The notes under the pieces are model-generated. The model ran no database searches, was not told the origin of the DNA, and worked only from the letters and a program-made list of their open reading frames with translations. From Bacillota bacterium (GTDB lineage: Bacteria; Bacillota; Clostridia; Acetivibrionales; DTU013): a DNA stretch of 64,000 bases. The position numbers were made by a program, and so were the translations under genes. Shown piece after piece: positions 55,634 through 64,000 of the stretch. Within the stretch, counting starts at the first letter, position 1. Each line of letters begins with the position of its first letter. The stretch is taken from the NCBI GenBank assembly GCA_023435745.1, contig JAEZMD010000019.1, positions 24,423-88,422 on the forward strand. The letters are read 5' to 3'.

Positions 55634-56614
55634 TTATTCTACCCTCCCTTCTCCCTTATACCGGTGGCATTTTATTTGTTGATCACCTACAATATATATT
55701 GGAGGAATCTCTTTTTTGCATATATCCATGCAATATTTACATCTTGGAGAAAACTTGCACCCACTCGGTAAATCTGTAGGGTCTACCATTGTGCCGTATA
55801 TTGGGGTCAAACGGCTCACATTTGTATAAAGGTCGGGGATGCATTCAAACAGCCCTTGTGTATAAGGATGGTTGTTCTTGCGGCTGTACACATCCTTTAC
55901 AGTGCCGTATTCAATGATTTCACCGGCATAAATGGTTGCCACCTTGTCACAGGTTTCCGCCACAACGCCGAGATCATGCGTAATAAGCAGCATGGCAGAG
56001 TTGAATTTCTCCTTGAGCTGTCTCATCAGCTCAAGAATCTGGGACTGAATTGTAACATCCAATGCCGTAGTGGGCTCATCGGCCAAAAATAACTCCGGCT
56101 CTGCTACAAGAGCCATAGCGATGATAATCCTCTGCTTCATTCCGCCCGAGAACTGGTGTGGATACTCATTCTTTCTGGATGCAGGAATGCCCACCAGCTC
56201 CATCATTTCATCAACCCGCTGGTCCTTCTCCTTTGAAGTCATCTTGGGAAAGTGCAAATCCAGCACTTCATGAATTTGATTACCAACCTTGATAACCGGG
56301 TTCAGACTGGTCATGGGATCCTGAAAAATCATTGAAATTCTATGTCCACGCAGTGCAATCATCTCAGTGACGGAGGCATTGAGGATATTGACGTCATTGT
56401 ATAGAATTGTACCACTCGTGATTTTCCCGATCTTTTTTGGCAGCAGTCCCATAATGCTGTTGGCCAAAGTAGTTTTACCTGCGCCAGTTTCTCCAACCAG
56501 CCCCAAAGTTTCACCATGGTCAATTGACAGGTTGATTCCGTTTAAGGCGTAAACCACAGCATCATCTGTATCATACTGTACATATAAATCTTTTACTTCT
56601 AACAGTTTACTCAT
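55634..56614 (-). CDS. Oligopeptide/dipeptide ABC transporter ATP-binding protein (OppD-like)
   Basis: GETGAGKTT, FSGGMKQR, FLADEPTTALD. AGGTGA SD before the ATG at 56614. Confidence 0.9.
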   Translation of the reverse strand: MSKLLEVKDLYVQYDTDDAVVYALNGINLSIDHGETLGLVGETGAGKTTLANSIMGLLPKKIGKITSGTILYNDVNILNASVTEMIALRGHRISMIFQDPMTSLNPVIKVGNQIHEVLDLHFPKMTSKEKDQRVDEMMELVGIPASRKNEYPHQFSGGMKQRIIIAMALVAEPELFLADEPTTALDVTIQSQILELMRQLKEKFNSAMLLITHDLGVVAETCDKVATIYAGEIIEYGTVKDVYSRKNNHPYTQGLFECIPDLYTNVSRLTPIYGTMVDPTDLPSGCKFSPRCKYCMDICKKEIPPIYIVGDQQIKCHRYKGEGRVE

Positions 56615-56629
56615 AAGAATATTCACCTG

Positions 56630-57511
56630 CTAATTCTTCGTTTTTGGATCCAGAGCATCTCTGAGGCCGTCGCCAATAAAATTGATTGCCATAACAGAGA
56701 TACCGATAAATGCACCGGGTATATACCCCAAATAGGGATAATAGCGAATGTTGGCCTTATTCTCGGATAAAATGGTGCCCCATTCCGGTGTGGGAGAAGA
56801 TATGCCGATACCCAAAAATCCCAAAGCCGCTATATCAAGGATGACAGAACCAAGGCTGAGAGTGGCAGCTACAATTACGGGACCCATGCCGTTCGGCAAT
56901 ATATGCTTGATAATGATACGGGCAGAGCTTGTGCCGCAACATTTGGCCGCTTCGACAAATTCCTGATTCCGCAAAGTCATAATTGATGAGCGTACCACAC
57001 GGGTAAATCTGGGAATCTGACCCACGCTAAGTGCGATAAGCATTTTGAAAACTCCCTGCCCGAGTGCGGCAACTATTGCCATAGCCATAAGCATAGATGG
57101 AATCGCCATAAACATATCCACTACGCGCATAATAACGGAGTCCACTTTCCCACCGAAATAACCAGCAATACCACCGAAGAAGCATCCGAAGAAAAAGGAA
57201 ATGGCAAGGGTGACCAATCCGGCAAACAAAGAGATACGGCCGCCATAAATAACTCTGGCAAACAAATCCCTGCCATACTGGTCTGTGCCGAACAAATGCT
57301 CCGCACTGGGGTACTGGAACTTGTCTTTGATGCTCTGTGCGGAGACGGCTTCTTCCTGTATGTAAAGAGGTGCTGTAAAGATAAGCAGCGTAAGCGCTAA
57401 AAGGATAAAAACACCTAGAATAGCCAGCTTGTTTTTCTTGAACCGGAACCAAATCAGACCCCACTGACTGCGCCCTGCTGTCAATCTGCGCCCCTTTTCT
57501 TTTGTCTTCAT
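56630..57511 (-). CDS. Peptide ABC transporter permease (OppC-like)
   Basis: OppC N-terminal TM segment and EAA-type loop EFVEAAKCCGTSSARIIIKHILPN. Confidence 0.88.
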   Translation of the reverse strand: MKTKEKGRRLTAGRSQWGLIWFRFKKNKLAILGVFILLALTLLIFTAPLYIQEEAVSAQSIKDKFQYPSAEHLFGTDQYGRDLFARVIYGGRISLFAGLVTLAISFFFGCFFGGIAGYFGGKVDSVIMRVVDMFMAIPSMLMAMAIVAALGQGVFKMLIALSVGQIPRFTRVVRSSIMTLRNQEFVEAAKCCGTSSARIIIKHILPNGMGPVIVAATLSLGSVILDIAALGFLGIGISSPTPEWGTILSENKANIRYYPYLGYIPGAFIGISVMAINFIGDGLRDALDPKTKN

Positions 57512-57522
57512 ATTCTCTCCCC

Positions 57523-58443
57523 CTATTCCAAAGCAATGCGCGGATCAATTAGTGCATAAATAATATCAACAATCAGATTGACTATACCCACGAAAATAGC
57601 AATGAAAATCAAGGTTCCCATTACAACGGGTATATCTCTGGTTTTTACAGCATTTATCAGCAGAGTACCGATTCCCGGAATGGAAAAGACCGTCTCAGTT
57701 ACAACCGCACCGCCCATAATCATGGTAAAGGAGAGGCCGACCTGTGTCACCACGGGGAGCATACCGTTCCTCAACGCATGCTTAAGGATAACTCGAAGCT
57801 CCGAGGCGCCCTTAGCGCGAGCAGTTCTGATATAATCCTGTTTAATCACATCAAGCATACTTGTCCTTGCCATTCGCATATGGGCAGCTAAAATCGCAGC
57901 GCCCAAGGTCAGTGCCGGCAGCACATAATGTTGAAATGAGCCTATACCCGAAGCGGGAAGCAGATTTAGTTCCAGACAGAAAAATATCTGGGTCATCATT
58001 CCAAACCAGAAGCTTGGCAGGGAGCAAAGAATCAAGGCAAGAGCCAAAACAACATAGTCTACCAGATGGAATTGTTTGATTGCAGCAAAAATTCCAAGGG
58101 GTATTCCAAGTAAAATGGCAAAGCTCATGCCCAGCAGACCAAGCTTCAGAGTTGTGGGGATACGACCCATAAACTCGCTGAGTACATCAAATCCGTTAAT
58201 CCAGGAGGTTCCAAAATCTCCGGTGAGCACATTCTTCATATACAGAAAATACTGCGCCAAAATGGGCTTATCAGTACCGAGCTCTGCCCGTTTGGCAGCC
58301 AAATCCGCGGCGGTCGCATCCGGTCCTAATATGAGCTGAGCTGGATCTCCCTGAGCAAGGTTTAACACAAAGAAAATGAAAAGTGTGATTCCAATGATAA
58401 CCGGAACCATCATCAACAAACGTTTTAGTATATACTTCGCCAA
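57523..58443 (-). CDS. Peptide ABC transporter permease (OppB-like)
   Basis: (M)AKYILKRLLMMVPV.. start and loop YIRTARAKGASELRVILKHALRN. GGAGGG + 5 nt + TTG at 58443. Confidence 0.88.
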   Translation of the reverse strand: MAKYILKRLLMMVPVIIGITLFIFFVLNLAQGDPAQLILGPDATAADLAAKRAELGTDKPILAQYFLYMKNVLTGDFGTSWINGFDVLSEFMGRIPTTLKLGLLGMSFAILLGIPLGIFAAIKQFHLVDYVVLALALILCSLPSFWFGMMTQIFFCLELNLLPASGIGSFQHYVLPALTLGAAILAAHMRMARTSMLDVIKQDYIRTARAKGASELRVILKHALRNGMLPVVTQVGLSFTMIMGGAVVTETVFSIPGIGTLLINAVKTRDIPVVMGTLIFIAIFVGIVNLIVDIIYALIDPRIALE

Positions 58444-58584
58444 AGTTATCCCTCCACTAGCGATTTGGCTCGCGCACAAGCCTCGTTCAAGTCACAGATA
58501 CATAATTTCACTTATGGGATTGGGCATATGTTTCAATGCCCAATCCCATGAAGTTCATAAGGCTATCTCTGATTGTACCTGGAA

Positions 58585-60135
58585 TTACTCCCAGGACCAG
58601 TTCCTCACTCTGTCTGTGAATAAGGGATGGGGCACAACTCCGGTCAATTTTTCATTAAACGCCAGAGCAGAAACGTCATAGAAGAAGGGAACCTGATATG
58701 CTTCATCGGTGATGATGTCACAGATTTCGCCGTAAACCGCCTTGCGCTCCTCAGTACCTTGGGTAACGCGTCCCTTCATCAGAAGCTCGTTCAGCTCGTC
58801 CAGCTTTTCAAATTTATTCTTTTCTGCGGCAGCAGAACTGGTTGCAAAATATGCAACTAAGCAATCTGCATCCATAAGGGAGCTGTCGGAGGTTCTTATG
58901 ATTGCGTCGTAGCCGGTACCGCTATACCACACGGAGTTGAATGTAGCAGTGTCTGTTGCGTTAATCTTGCAATTAATGCCTATATCCATGAGCTGCGCCT
59001 GGAGAATCTGAGCAACAGCTTCGTTCTTGGTGCCTGATTGGACGAGAAGCAAAAACTCCTGTCCGTTATACTTGGAGTCCTTTAAATACGCCTTCGCAGC
59101 TTCAACATCGTATGCAACGGTTTTGTACTTGTCGGGTCTTCCTGTGTAACCTGTAACCATATCTATATCAGCCAACTCACCATAGCTTTCCATGACGCCA
59201 AGCACTATGTCCTCCTTATTAGTTGCAGCCTGAATGGCCTTACGGAAATTCAGATCGGAGGCGACTCTACCTTCATTACAGTTAAAGGTCATAGTGACTC
59301 TGGCAGCGGAACTGCAGTTGGCCCAAGTGGCTCCGGTGCTGCTGTCCATTTTAACCATGTTGCTAACAGCGGGGGAGAGAATTACATCCACATCTCCGGC
59401 CTGAAGCGCAACAATCTGGGTGGTGGGGTCAGACATAGTCTTTATGTATACGTTTTTAATTGAAGGATCATCACCCCAATATTTGTCGAATGCCTCAAGC
59501 GTAACAGTATCACCGCTGGCTCTTGAGACAAATTTGTATGGCCCGGTGCCAATGGGAGCCTCAAGATAAGTCTCGACTCCTTTCTCCTCCATGTACGCCT
59601 TGTTGATAATCTGAGCAGCTCTGGAGGTCATTCCGTTAATGAAAGGCGCAAATGGTTTGCTCAGGTTAATTATGATGGTGTTATCATCAACAACCTCGGA
59701 GTTACTATAATTGATAAGCAGAGCTTTGCCGATAGCAGTCTGAGCGTTATACTCCATGGTGAAGGCTACGTCTTCAGCTGTCATCTTGTCACCATTGTGG
59801 AAATAAACATCGTCTCTCAGCTTAAAGGTGTAGGACAGGCCATCCTCTGACACAGTCCATTCCTTGGCAAGGGCAGGGAGTATCTCACCCTTGGCAGACA
59901 TCTCGACAAGAGTATCATAGATATTATAGAGCACAATATAGTCGCTGGAATTAGAAGCTTCCGGCCCGCAGGAAAAAAAACGGACAGGTTCGGCGGAAGT
60001 CGCGATAATAACTGAGTCTTTTGCATTGGGTTCGGCAGATGCGCCTGACTTGCCAGAGGGTTGTTTGGAGCAGCCAGTTAACACTAATGACATGACCATG
60101 AGCACAATAAGTACTAAAGATAGAGCCTTTTTCAT
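58585..60135 (-). CDS. Family 5 peptide/nickel ABC substrate-binding lipoprotein
   Basis: Signal peptide with lipobox LTGC. SBP_bac_5 length and motifs. Confidence 0.88.
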   Translation of the reverse strand: MKKALSLVLIVLMVMSLVLTGCSKQPSGKSGASAEPNAKDSVIIATSAEPVRFFSCGPEASNSSDYIVLYNIYDTLVEMSAKGEILPALAKEWTVSEDGLSYTFKLRDDVYFHNGDKMTAEDVAFTMEYNAQTAIGKALLINYSNSEVVDDNTIIINLSKPFAPFINGMTSRAAQIINKAYMEEKGVETYLEAPIGTGPYKFVSRASGDTVTLEAFDKYWGDDPSIKNVYIKTMSDPTTQIVALQAGDVDVILSPAVSNMVKMDSSTGATWANCSSAARVTMTFNCNEGRVASDLNFRKAIQAATNKEDIVLGVMESYGELADIDMVTGYTGRPDKYKTVAYDVEAAKAYLKDSKYNGQEFLLLVQSGTKNEAVAQILQAQLMDIGINCKINATDTATFNSVWYSGTGYDAIIRTSDSSLMDADCLVAYFATSSAAAEKNKFEKLDELNELLMKGRVTQGTEERKAVYGEICDIITDEAYQVPFFYDVSALAFNEKLTGVVPHPLFTDRVRNWSWE

Positions 60136-60190
60136 TTCAGTTTCCTCCGTTTCATTTTTTGACTATTTCTGTTTTAGCCGCGGCAAGCTA

Positions 60191-60219
60191 ATAAAAAGTA
60201 ATGTCCCATTACTTTTTAT
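60191..60219. promoter_or_regulatory. Palindrome 1 of a twin pair (13-3-13)
   Basis: ATAAAAAGTAATG-TCC-CATTACTTTTTAT, perfect arms. Confidence 0.5.
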
Positions 60220-60252
60220 CATATGACCTCCGCTTTGTCAATAGTAAAGCTT

Positions 60253-60281
60253 ACAAAAAGTAATGTTTCATTACTTTTTAT
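60253..60281. promoter_or_regulatory. Palindrome 2 of a twin pair (13-3-13)
   Basis: ACAAAAAGTAATG-TTT-CATTACTTTTTAT. 12 of 13 arm positions pair. Centre is 62 bp from palindrome 1. Followed by TTTTTT. Confidence 0.5.
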
Positions 60282-60363
60282 TTTTTGTAGAGCCGCACGA
60301 TTATTCCGCGGCCTTTTTGTTTGCTCCTTGCAACGCCTGGGTATAATAAATGTGGAGGTCAAT

Positions 60364-60972
60364 ATGAAAAAACTTTTTATTGCTTTATTATCCGTCCTTT
60401 TATTGCTGGCAGGCTGTGGACAAAAAAATGACAATATAACTTTTTCAGCCACCATTGAGAGTATCCATGATAACAGCATTATGGTAACGACCACTGACGA
60501 CGTGAGCTTTGACAAAGCCAGCGTTGGGTTTGATAAAAAGCTTGAAATCCCGTTTACCCTGGCGGTGGGACAAACGATTGAAATTGAAGCTCTGCCTGAA
60601 ATTCGGGAGAGCTATCCTGTACAGATTACGGCGGTGAAGATAAGCTTGAAAGAAGAAATCAAAAAAGCTGAGTACAAGAAGATCACTCCCAAAGAAGCTA
60701 TGGAAATGATGGGTGAGGATGTAATCATCCTTGACGTACGCACCAAAGCTGAGTTTGATGATGGGCATATCCCAAATGCCTTACTGCTGCCTGATGCCGA
60801 GATAACGCAAAAGGCGGAGGAAGTGCTGCCAGACAAGGATAAGATCATTCTCGTTTACTGCCGCAGCGGCCGGCGCAGTGCGTTGGCGGCAAAAGACCTG
60901 GTTCAATTGGGCTACACCGACGTCTATGATTTCGGCGGTATCCTCGACTGGCCCGGTGAGGTCGTGAAATAA
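60364..60972 (+). CDS. Lipoprotein with an N-terminal DUF3221-like domain and a C-terminal rhodanese domain
   Basis: MKKLFIALLSVLLLLAGCG lipobox. Rhodanese active-site loop CRSGRRS. Confidence 0.8.
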   Translation: MKKLFIALLSVLLLLAGCGQKNDNITFSATIESIHDNSIMVTTTDDVSFDKASVGFDKKLEIPFTLAVGQTIEIEALPEIRESYPVQITAVKISLKEEIKKAEYKKITPKEAMEMMGEDVIILDVRTKAEFDDGHIPNALLLPDAEITQKAEEVLPDKDKIILVYCRSGRRSALAAKDLVQLGYTDVYDFGGILDWPGEVVK

Positions 60973-62051
60973 TAAACCAGATCGCATTGCTCCTTGATCA
61001 TCATTTGACAGAAATATTGATTTTCCAATGGGATCCATTCATCAAGGAACCTTTTATGCATAAATGCGCCATTTCTATTTAGAATTCTGGCGCTTTGCGC
61101 TTTTTCATCGATCTGCAGAAATATCTTCAGGTCATAATAGTCTGTCAAAGTGGGGTGCAAGCTGTAAGAACCCTCAATGATATTCAATCTTTTGGGGGTG
61201 ACAGTCACATGCTCCCCAAAATCCATTTGTCTGCAGTCATAAGCCCGGTATTGAAATGCTCTGCCATTGTGCAAATTCGGCAGGACTTCCTCCCTAAACC
61301 GGACATAATCCACATTCCCGCCAACCTCTTTCAACCGTTCTTTTGTCTTTAGCTCAGGCCTCAGAAAAAAATCGTCCATATGAAAGACATTACAGTCATA
61401 TACACTTCGGATCAAAGCCGCAAGAGTGCTTTTCCCGGCGCCGCTGTTCCCTTCGACGGCTACCTTGACCACTTCCCTTTCACTTAGCAAATGATCGATT
61501 TTTCGGAACACATCAAAATAGTGCATATATTCAGATTTAACAATTCGGTATGCCGGCCGATAAGCCTTTTTATAAGGCTCGCTATGGCTTACGGCCGGAT
61601 ACCCTGAGTTTTTGTAATTTGCTAAATATGCATCCACATCCTCGACTGGATATGAAAGATCCTTATCCCTGCAGCAATGCCGCAATACATCCAGTTTTTC
61701 TTCAAAGCTGACAATACTGCCGGATACTGAATTTGCCGTACTGACAAACATCTGATTTACTGTCTGCAGACTGATATCAGAATCCATGAGCTTCTCCAAA
61801 TGCAGTCTGCACAAGCCATTCCCAATCTCCTCTAAAGGAATAAGGCCTTGAGCGTCACAGGCATGTTCGCTCAAAGCTCCGAACTCCTCCCTGAGACGGT
61901 TCATGCTATCTGTTTCATTTGCAATCAGGTGTCCTCCTGCAAACTCATTCTGGTAAATCAGCTTGATCATATCCCGGATCTGCATTTCGGGATACCTTTC
62001 AAAATGCTGCAGGAGTAATTTTCTTAACTCTTTTTCATCAGTCATTTTCAA
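60924..62051 (-). CDS. Two-domain protein: an unknown N-terminal domain of about 190 aa plus a uridine-kinase-family P-loop domain
   Basis: Walker A GNSGAGKST followed by FHMDDFF. Overlaps the ECF S-component gene by 14 nt, and overlaps the convergent rhodanese gene by 49 nt. Confidence 0.7.
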   Translation of the reverse strand: MKMTDEKELRKLLLQHFERYPEMQIRDMIKLIYQNEFAGGHLIANETDSMNRLREEFGALSEHACDAQGLIPLEEIGNGLCRLHLEKLMDSDISLQTVNQMFVSTANSVSGSIVSFEEKLDVLRHCCRDKDLSYPVEDVDAYLANYKNSGYPAVSHSEPYKKAYRPAYRIVKSEYMHYFDVFRKIDHLLSEREVVKVAVEGNSGAGKSTLAALIRSVYDCNVFHMDDFFLRPELKTKERLKEVGGNVDYVRFREEVLPNLHNGRAFQYRAYDCRQMDFGEHVTVTPKRLNIIEGSYSLHPTLTDYYDLKIFLQIDEKAQSARILNRNGAFMHKRFLDEWIPLENQYFCQMMIKEQCDLVYYFTTSPGQSRIPPKS

Positions 62052-62571
62052 TAAATCTGCCTTTTTTAAGCGCGATCACTATAACCGGGATAATAATGAT
62101 CTGGATAATGATCCCGGGAACTGCATTAACAAAAGCGCCTGTCATGAATATCTCCCACGTAAACGGAGAACCGCTTAGTCCAAGCAAAACAAGCGAGACA
62201 GCTCCCCAAACGATTCTACCGCATATCATCGCAACAATCAACGAGATATAGACGGACATATTCTTTTTCGGAAGAATTTTATAAAGGATCCCTGTTACAG
62301 CTCCATAAGCAGCCAGTTCAAAGGCCATAGCTACAGCGGTTGGAAACATGGGCGGCATACCAAAAAGCATGCTCCTGATCAGCGGTAAAATAAACCCGAT
62401 TAATAATCCGTAAGGCCATCCGCATATAAAACCGGCCAGAAGAACAGGTATATGCATCGGCAGCAGCTTACTTCCCAGACTTGGAATCTGTGCTGTCAGA
62501 AAAGGCAGCACCAAGCCAAGCGCAAGCAGCAATCCGGCATAAACCATTTTTTTTGTTGTTGATTTTTTCAT
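62038..62571 (-). CDS. ECF transporter S component (substrate unknown)
   Basis: 177 aa, 5-6 TM segments, typical short basic N-terminus MKKSTTKKMVYAGLLLALG. No EcfA/EcfT genes are adjacent. Confidence 0.7.
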   Translation of the reverse strand: MKKSTTKKMVYAGLLLALGLVLPFLTAQIPSLGSKLLPMHIPVLLAGFICGWPYGLLIGFILPLIRSMLFGMPPMFPTAVAMAFELAAYGAVTGILYKILPKKNMSVYISLIVAMICGRIVWGAVSLVLLGLSGSPFTWEIFMTGAFVNAVPGIIIQIIIIPVIVIALKKGRFIEND

Positions 62572-62717
62572 TCTTTTCCCCTCCCAAATAATTGAGCAAA
62601 ATAAAATACCGCGAAAATACCTCTTACCTTCACAGTAAGCTAATACCTTCGTGGTATCATTAATAATTTCAATAGCAAAGTTTCAGTTAGACTGACTTCT
62701 GTCAGCAGCTTTGTTAA

Positions 62718-62746
62718 ATTCTAACACATTAATTATATTGATTCAA
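62718..62746 (-). promoter_or_regulatory. Sigma-A-type promoter for the ECF-S/kinase operon
   Basis: Minus strand TTGAAT - 17 nt - TAGAAT. Predicts a leader of about 140 nt. Confidence 0.55.
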
Positions 62747-62808
62747 GCATAAAAATATAATTTCACCCACACAATTGCTTAACATAAATCATATTATATT
62801 CTAAGCCG

Positions 62809-63327
62809 ATGAAAGGAATGAACAATATGTATAACCCATATATTATGTATCAGTGCCCTTATTTTACTAATTTGCCTATGTATAACCCCTATGCAGGTCA
62901 AGTTAAAGCAAACGCACCTATTCCATTAATGGATTATGGGCCGGAGCCGTTCGCAGTAAATATTGAAGCCGCTACAAAGCAAAATACCACGTTCCGTACC
63001 GCCTTATGGACAGGAACGCATCTGCAGCTAACGTTGATGAGTATTAATGTCGGTGAAGATATTGGTCTGGAGATTCACCCCAACAATGATCAATTCCTGC
63101 GCATCGAAGAGGGTCAGGGACTTGTTCTAATGGGAGACAGAAAAGATCAGTTGAATTTTCAAGCACATGTACGAGAGGGTTTTGCATTCATCATACCTGC
63201 CGGCAAGTGGCATAACCTGATTAATACAGGCTGCATACCTATAAAACTATACTCCATATATGCGCCGCCCAAGCATCCGCACGGCACGGTCCACAAAACA
63301 AAAGAGGAAGCTGAAGCCTCTCATTAG
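62809..63327 (+). CDS. Cupin domain protein
   Basis: Cupin motifs GEDIGLEIHPNNDQF and IIPAGKWHNLIN. Confidence 0.8.
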   Translation: MKGMNNMYNPYIMYQCPYFTNLPMYNPYAGQVKANAPIPLMDYGPEPFAVNIEAATKQNTTFRTALWTGTHLQLTLMSINVGEDIGLEIHPNNDQFLRIEEGQGLVLMGDRKDQLNFQAHVREGFAFIIPAGKWHNLINTGCIPIKLYSIYAPPKHPHGTVHKTKEEAEASH

Positions 63328-63354
63328 GATAAGTAGTCAAAAACCTGTATATGT

Positions 63355-63377
63355 AAAGAGATCATTCGCTCTCTTTT
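63355..63377 (+). terminator. Weak hairpin after the cupin gene
   Basis: AAAGAGA-TCATTCGC-TCTCTTT followed by T. Confidence 0.35.
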
Positions 63378-63477
63378 GACAATTATCTCAAAATACTATG
63401 CAAATGTGCAGATAATCTTTATAATAGTATTCAGCTATCCGCAATAAAGCGGCTTTGGAACGGGAAAGGACTCATAA

Positions 63478-64000
63478 ATGGCTGATTACAATGGTAAAGA
63501 ATCTGCACAAATTGTAAATGAAATACAACCGGCTCTGAAGGAAAACAAAATGGGTGTTATGCACATCAGCAGCCTGCTGATATCTATGTCAATCCCCATG
63601 ATGTTATCCATGCTAGTTCAGGCGCTCTACAATATAGTAGACAGCATATTCGTATCCCAGCTCGGTGAAAACGCTTTAACAGCCGTATCTCTGGCTTTTC
63701 CGGTACAGAATCTGATGATAGCGATAGGTTCGGGAACCGGTGTAGGTATCAACTCACTTTTATCGAGAAGCCTCGGGGAGAAAAATAGGGAGCGGGTCAA
63801 TAAAACGGCCAACCACGGCATTCTCCTCATTTTTGCCAGTTCTGCTCTGTTTGCAATATTCGGCTTGTTCTTTGTTCGCTACTTCTTCGAAGCCCAGACG
63901 GATATTGAGGAAATCATCAGCTATGGGACTGATTACCTCAGGATATGCTCAATCTTTTCTTTTGGTGTTTTTGGACAGATTACATTTGAGCGGCTGCTTC
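63478..64000 (+). CDS. MATE family efflux transporter (5' part; continues beyond the window)
   Basis: Manual translation gives MADYNGKES...LLISMSIPMMLSMLVQALYNIVDSIFVSQLGENALTAVSLAFPV.., with no stop up to 64000. Confidence 0.85.
   Translation, partial: MADYNGKESAQIVNEIQPALKENKMGVMHISSLLISMSIPMMLSMLVQALYNIVDSIFVSQLGENALTAVSLAFPVQNLMIAIGSGTGVGINSLLSRSLGEKNRERVNKTANHGILLIFASSALFAIFGLFFVRYFFEAQTDIEEIISYGTDYLRICSIFSFGVFGQITFERLL

Noticed and set aside
60924-60972. 49-nt convergent overlap of the rhodanese and kinase genes, as a possible frameshift signal.
   Set aside because: Both ORFs read through with plausible C-termini, and no alternative frame continues either protein. This is probably a genuine 3' overlap.

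Overview
This window looks like a chromosomal segment from a Firmicutes/Clostridia-type genome. That call rests on moderate GC, GGAGG Shine-Dalgarno sites, FloA/NfeD, YesMN-type two-component control, ECF transporter parts and LplABC-like sugar ABC genes. About 55 genes are present, mostly on the minus strand.

Housekeeping or recognisable genes:
- a YprA/MrfA-like DEAD/DEAH helicase, frame-broken at about 312-320
- dusB, manA, glgB, floA-nfeD, hcp with a divergent Crp/Fnr (HcpR-like) regulator, topB, asnA and tadA
- four tRNAs: Arg-CCG, Glu-UUC, Met-CAU, Ser-CGA

Accessory or poorly characterised loci:
- an ABC-2 exporter operon carrying an unassigned 576-aa membrane-anchored protein
- a degenerate GGDEF protein that keeps its I-site
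- a GGGtGRT + NifU-like pair
- a YesMN-controlled sugar ABC locus with two paralogous large solute-binding lipoproteins
- a pair of large surface proteins (an anchored beta-sandwich-like protein plus a Beta_propel protein)
- a radical-SAM + DUF4130-type putative DNA modification/repair pair
- an ECF sigma/anti-sigma pair
- a membrane protein with an (EEYE)n acidic repeat
- an Opp-like peptide ABC operon fused to RidA and a ThrC-like PLP enzyme, with a YheO-type regulator
- an ECF S-component + uridine-kinase-like gene pair

Two tRNA-adjacent AT-rich islets carry decayed mobile or defence-type genes:
- 3.9-5.6 kb, next to tRNA-Arg: a frameshifted CGSTRF-family gene and a DUF559-like gene.
- 48.2-52.1 kb, next to tRNA-Ser: MntA/HepT, a truncated MobV relaxase, and an AlbA_2/Schlafen-like ATPase-HTH gene. 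That last gene is flanked by roughly 80-90-bp direct repeats packed with CGATT/AATCG pentamers, including a perfect 18-bp inverted repeat.

Other non-coding structure:
- a 4 x 21-bp tandem repeat
- a roughly 25-50-bp repeat family present at 33.8 kb (inverted pair) and 51.96 kb
- twin 29-bp palindromes upstream of the peptide transporter
- a GTAAC-N4-GTTAC site centred about -41.5 relative to a likely hcp promoter

No CRISPR array, rRNA, intact transposase or integrase was seen. All family assignments come from motif recognition by eye. No database search was run, and the frame breaks could be assembly indels.
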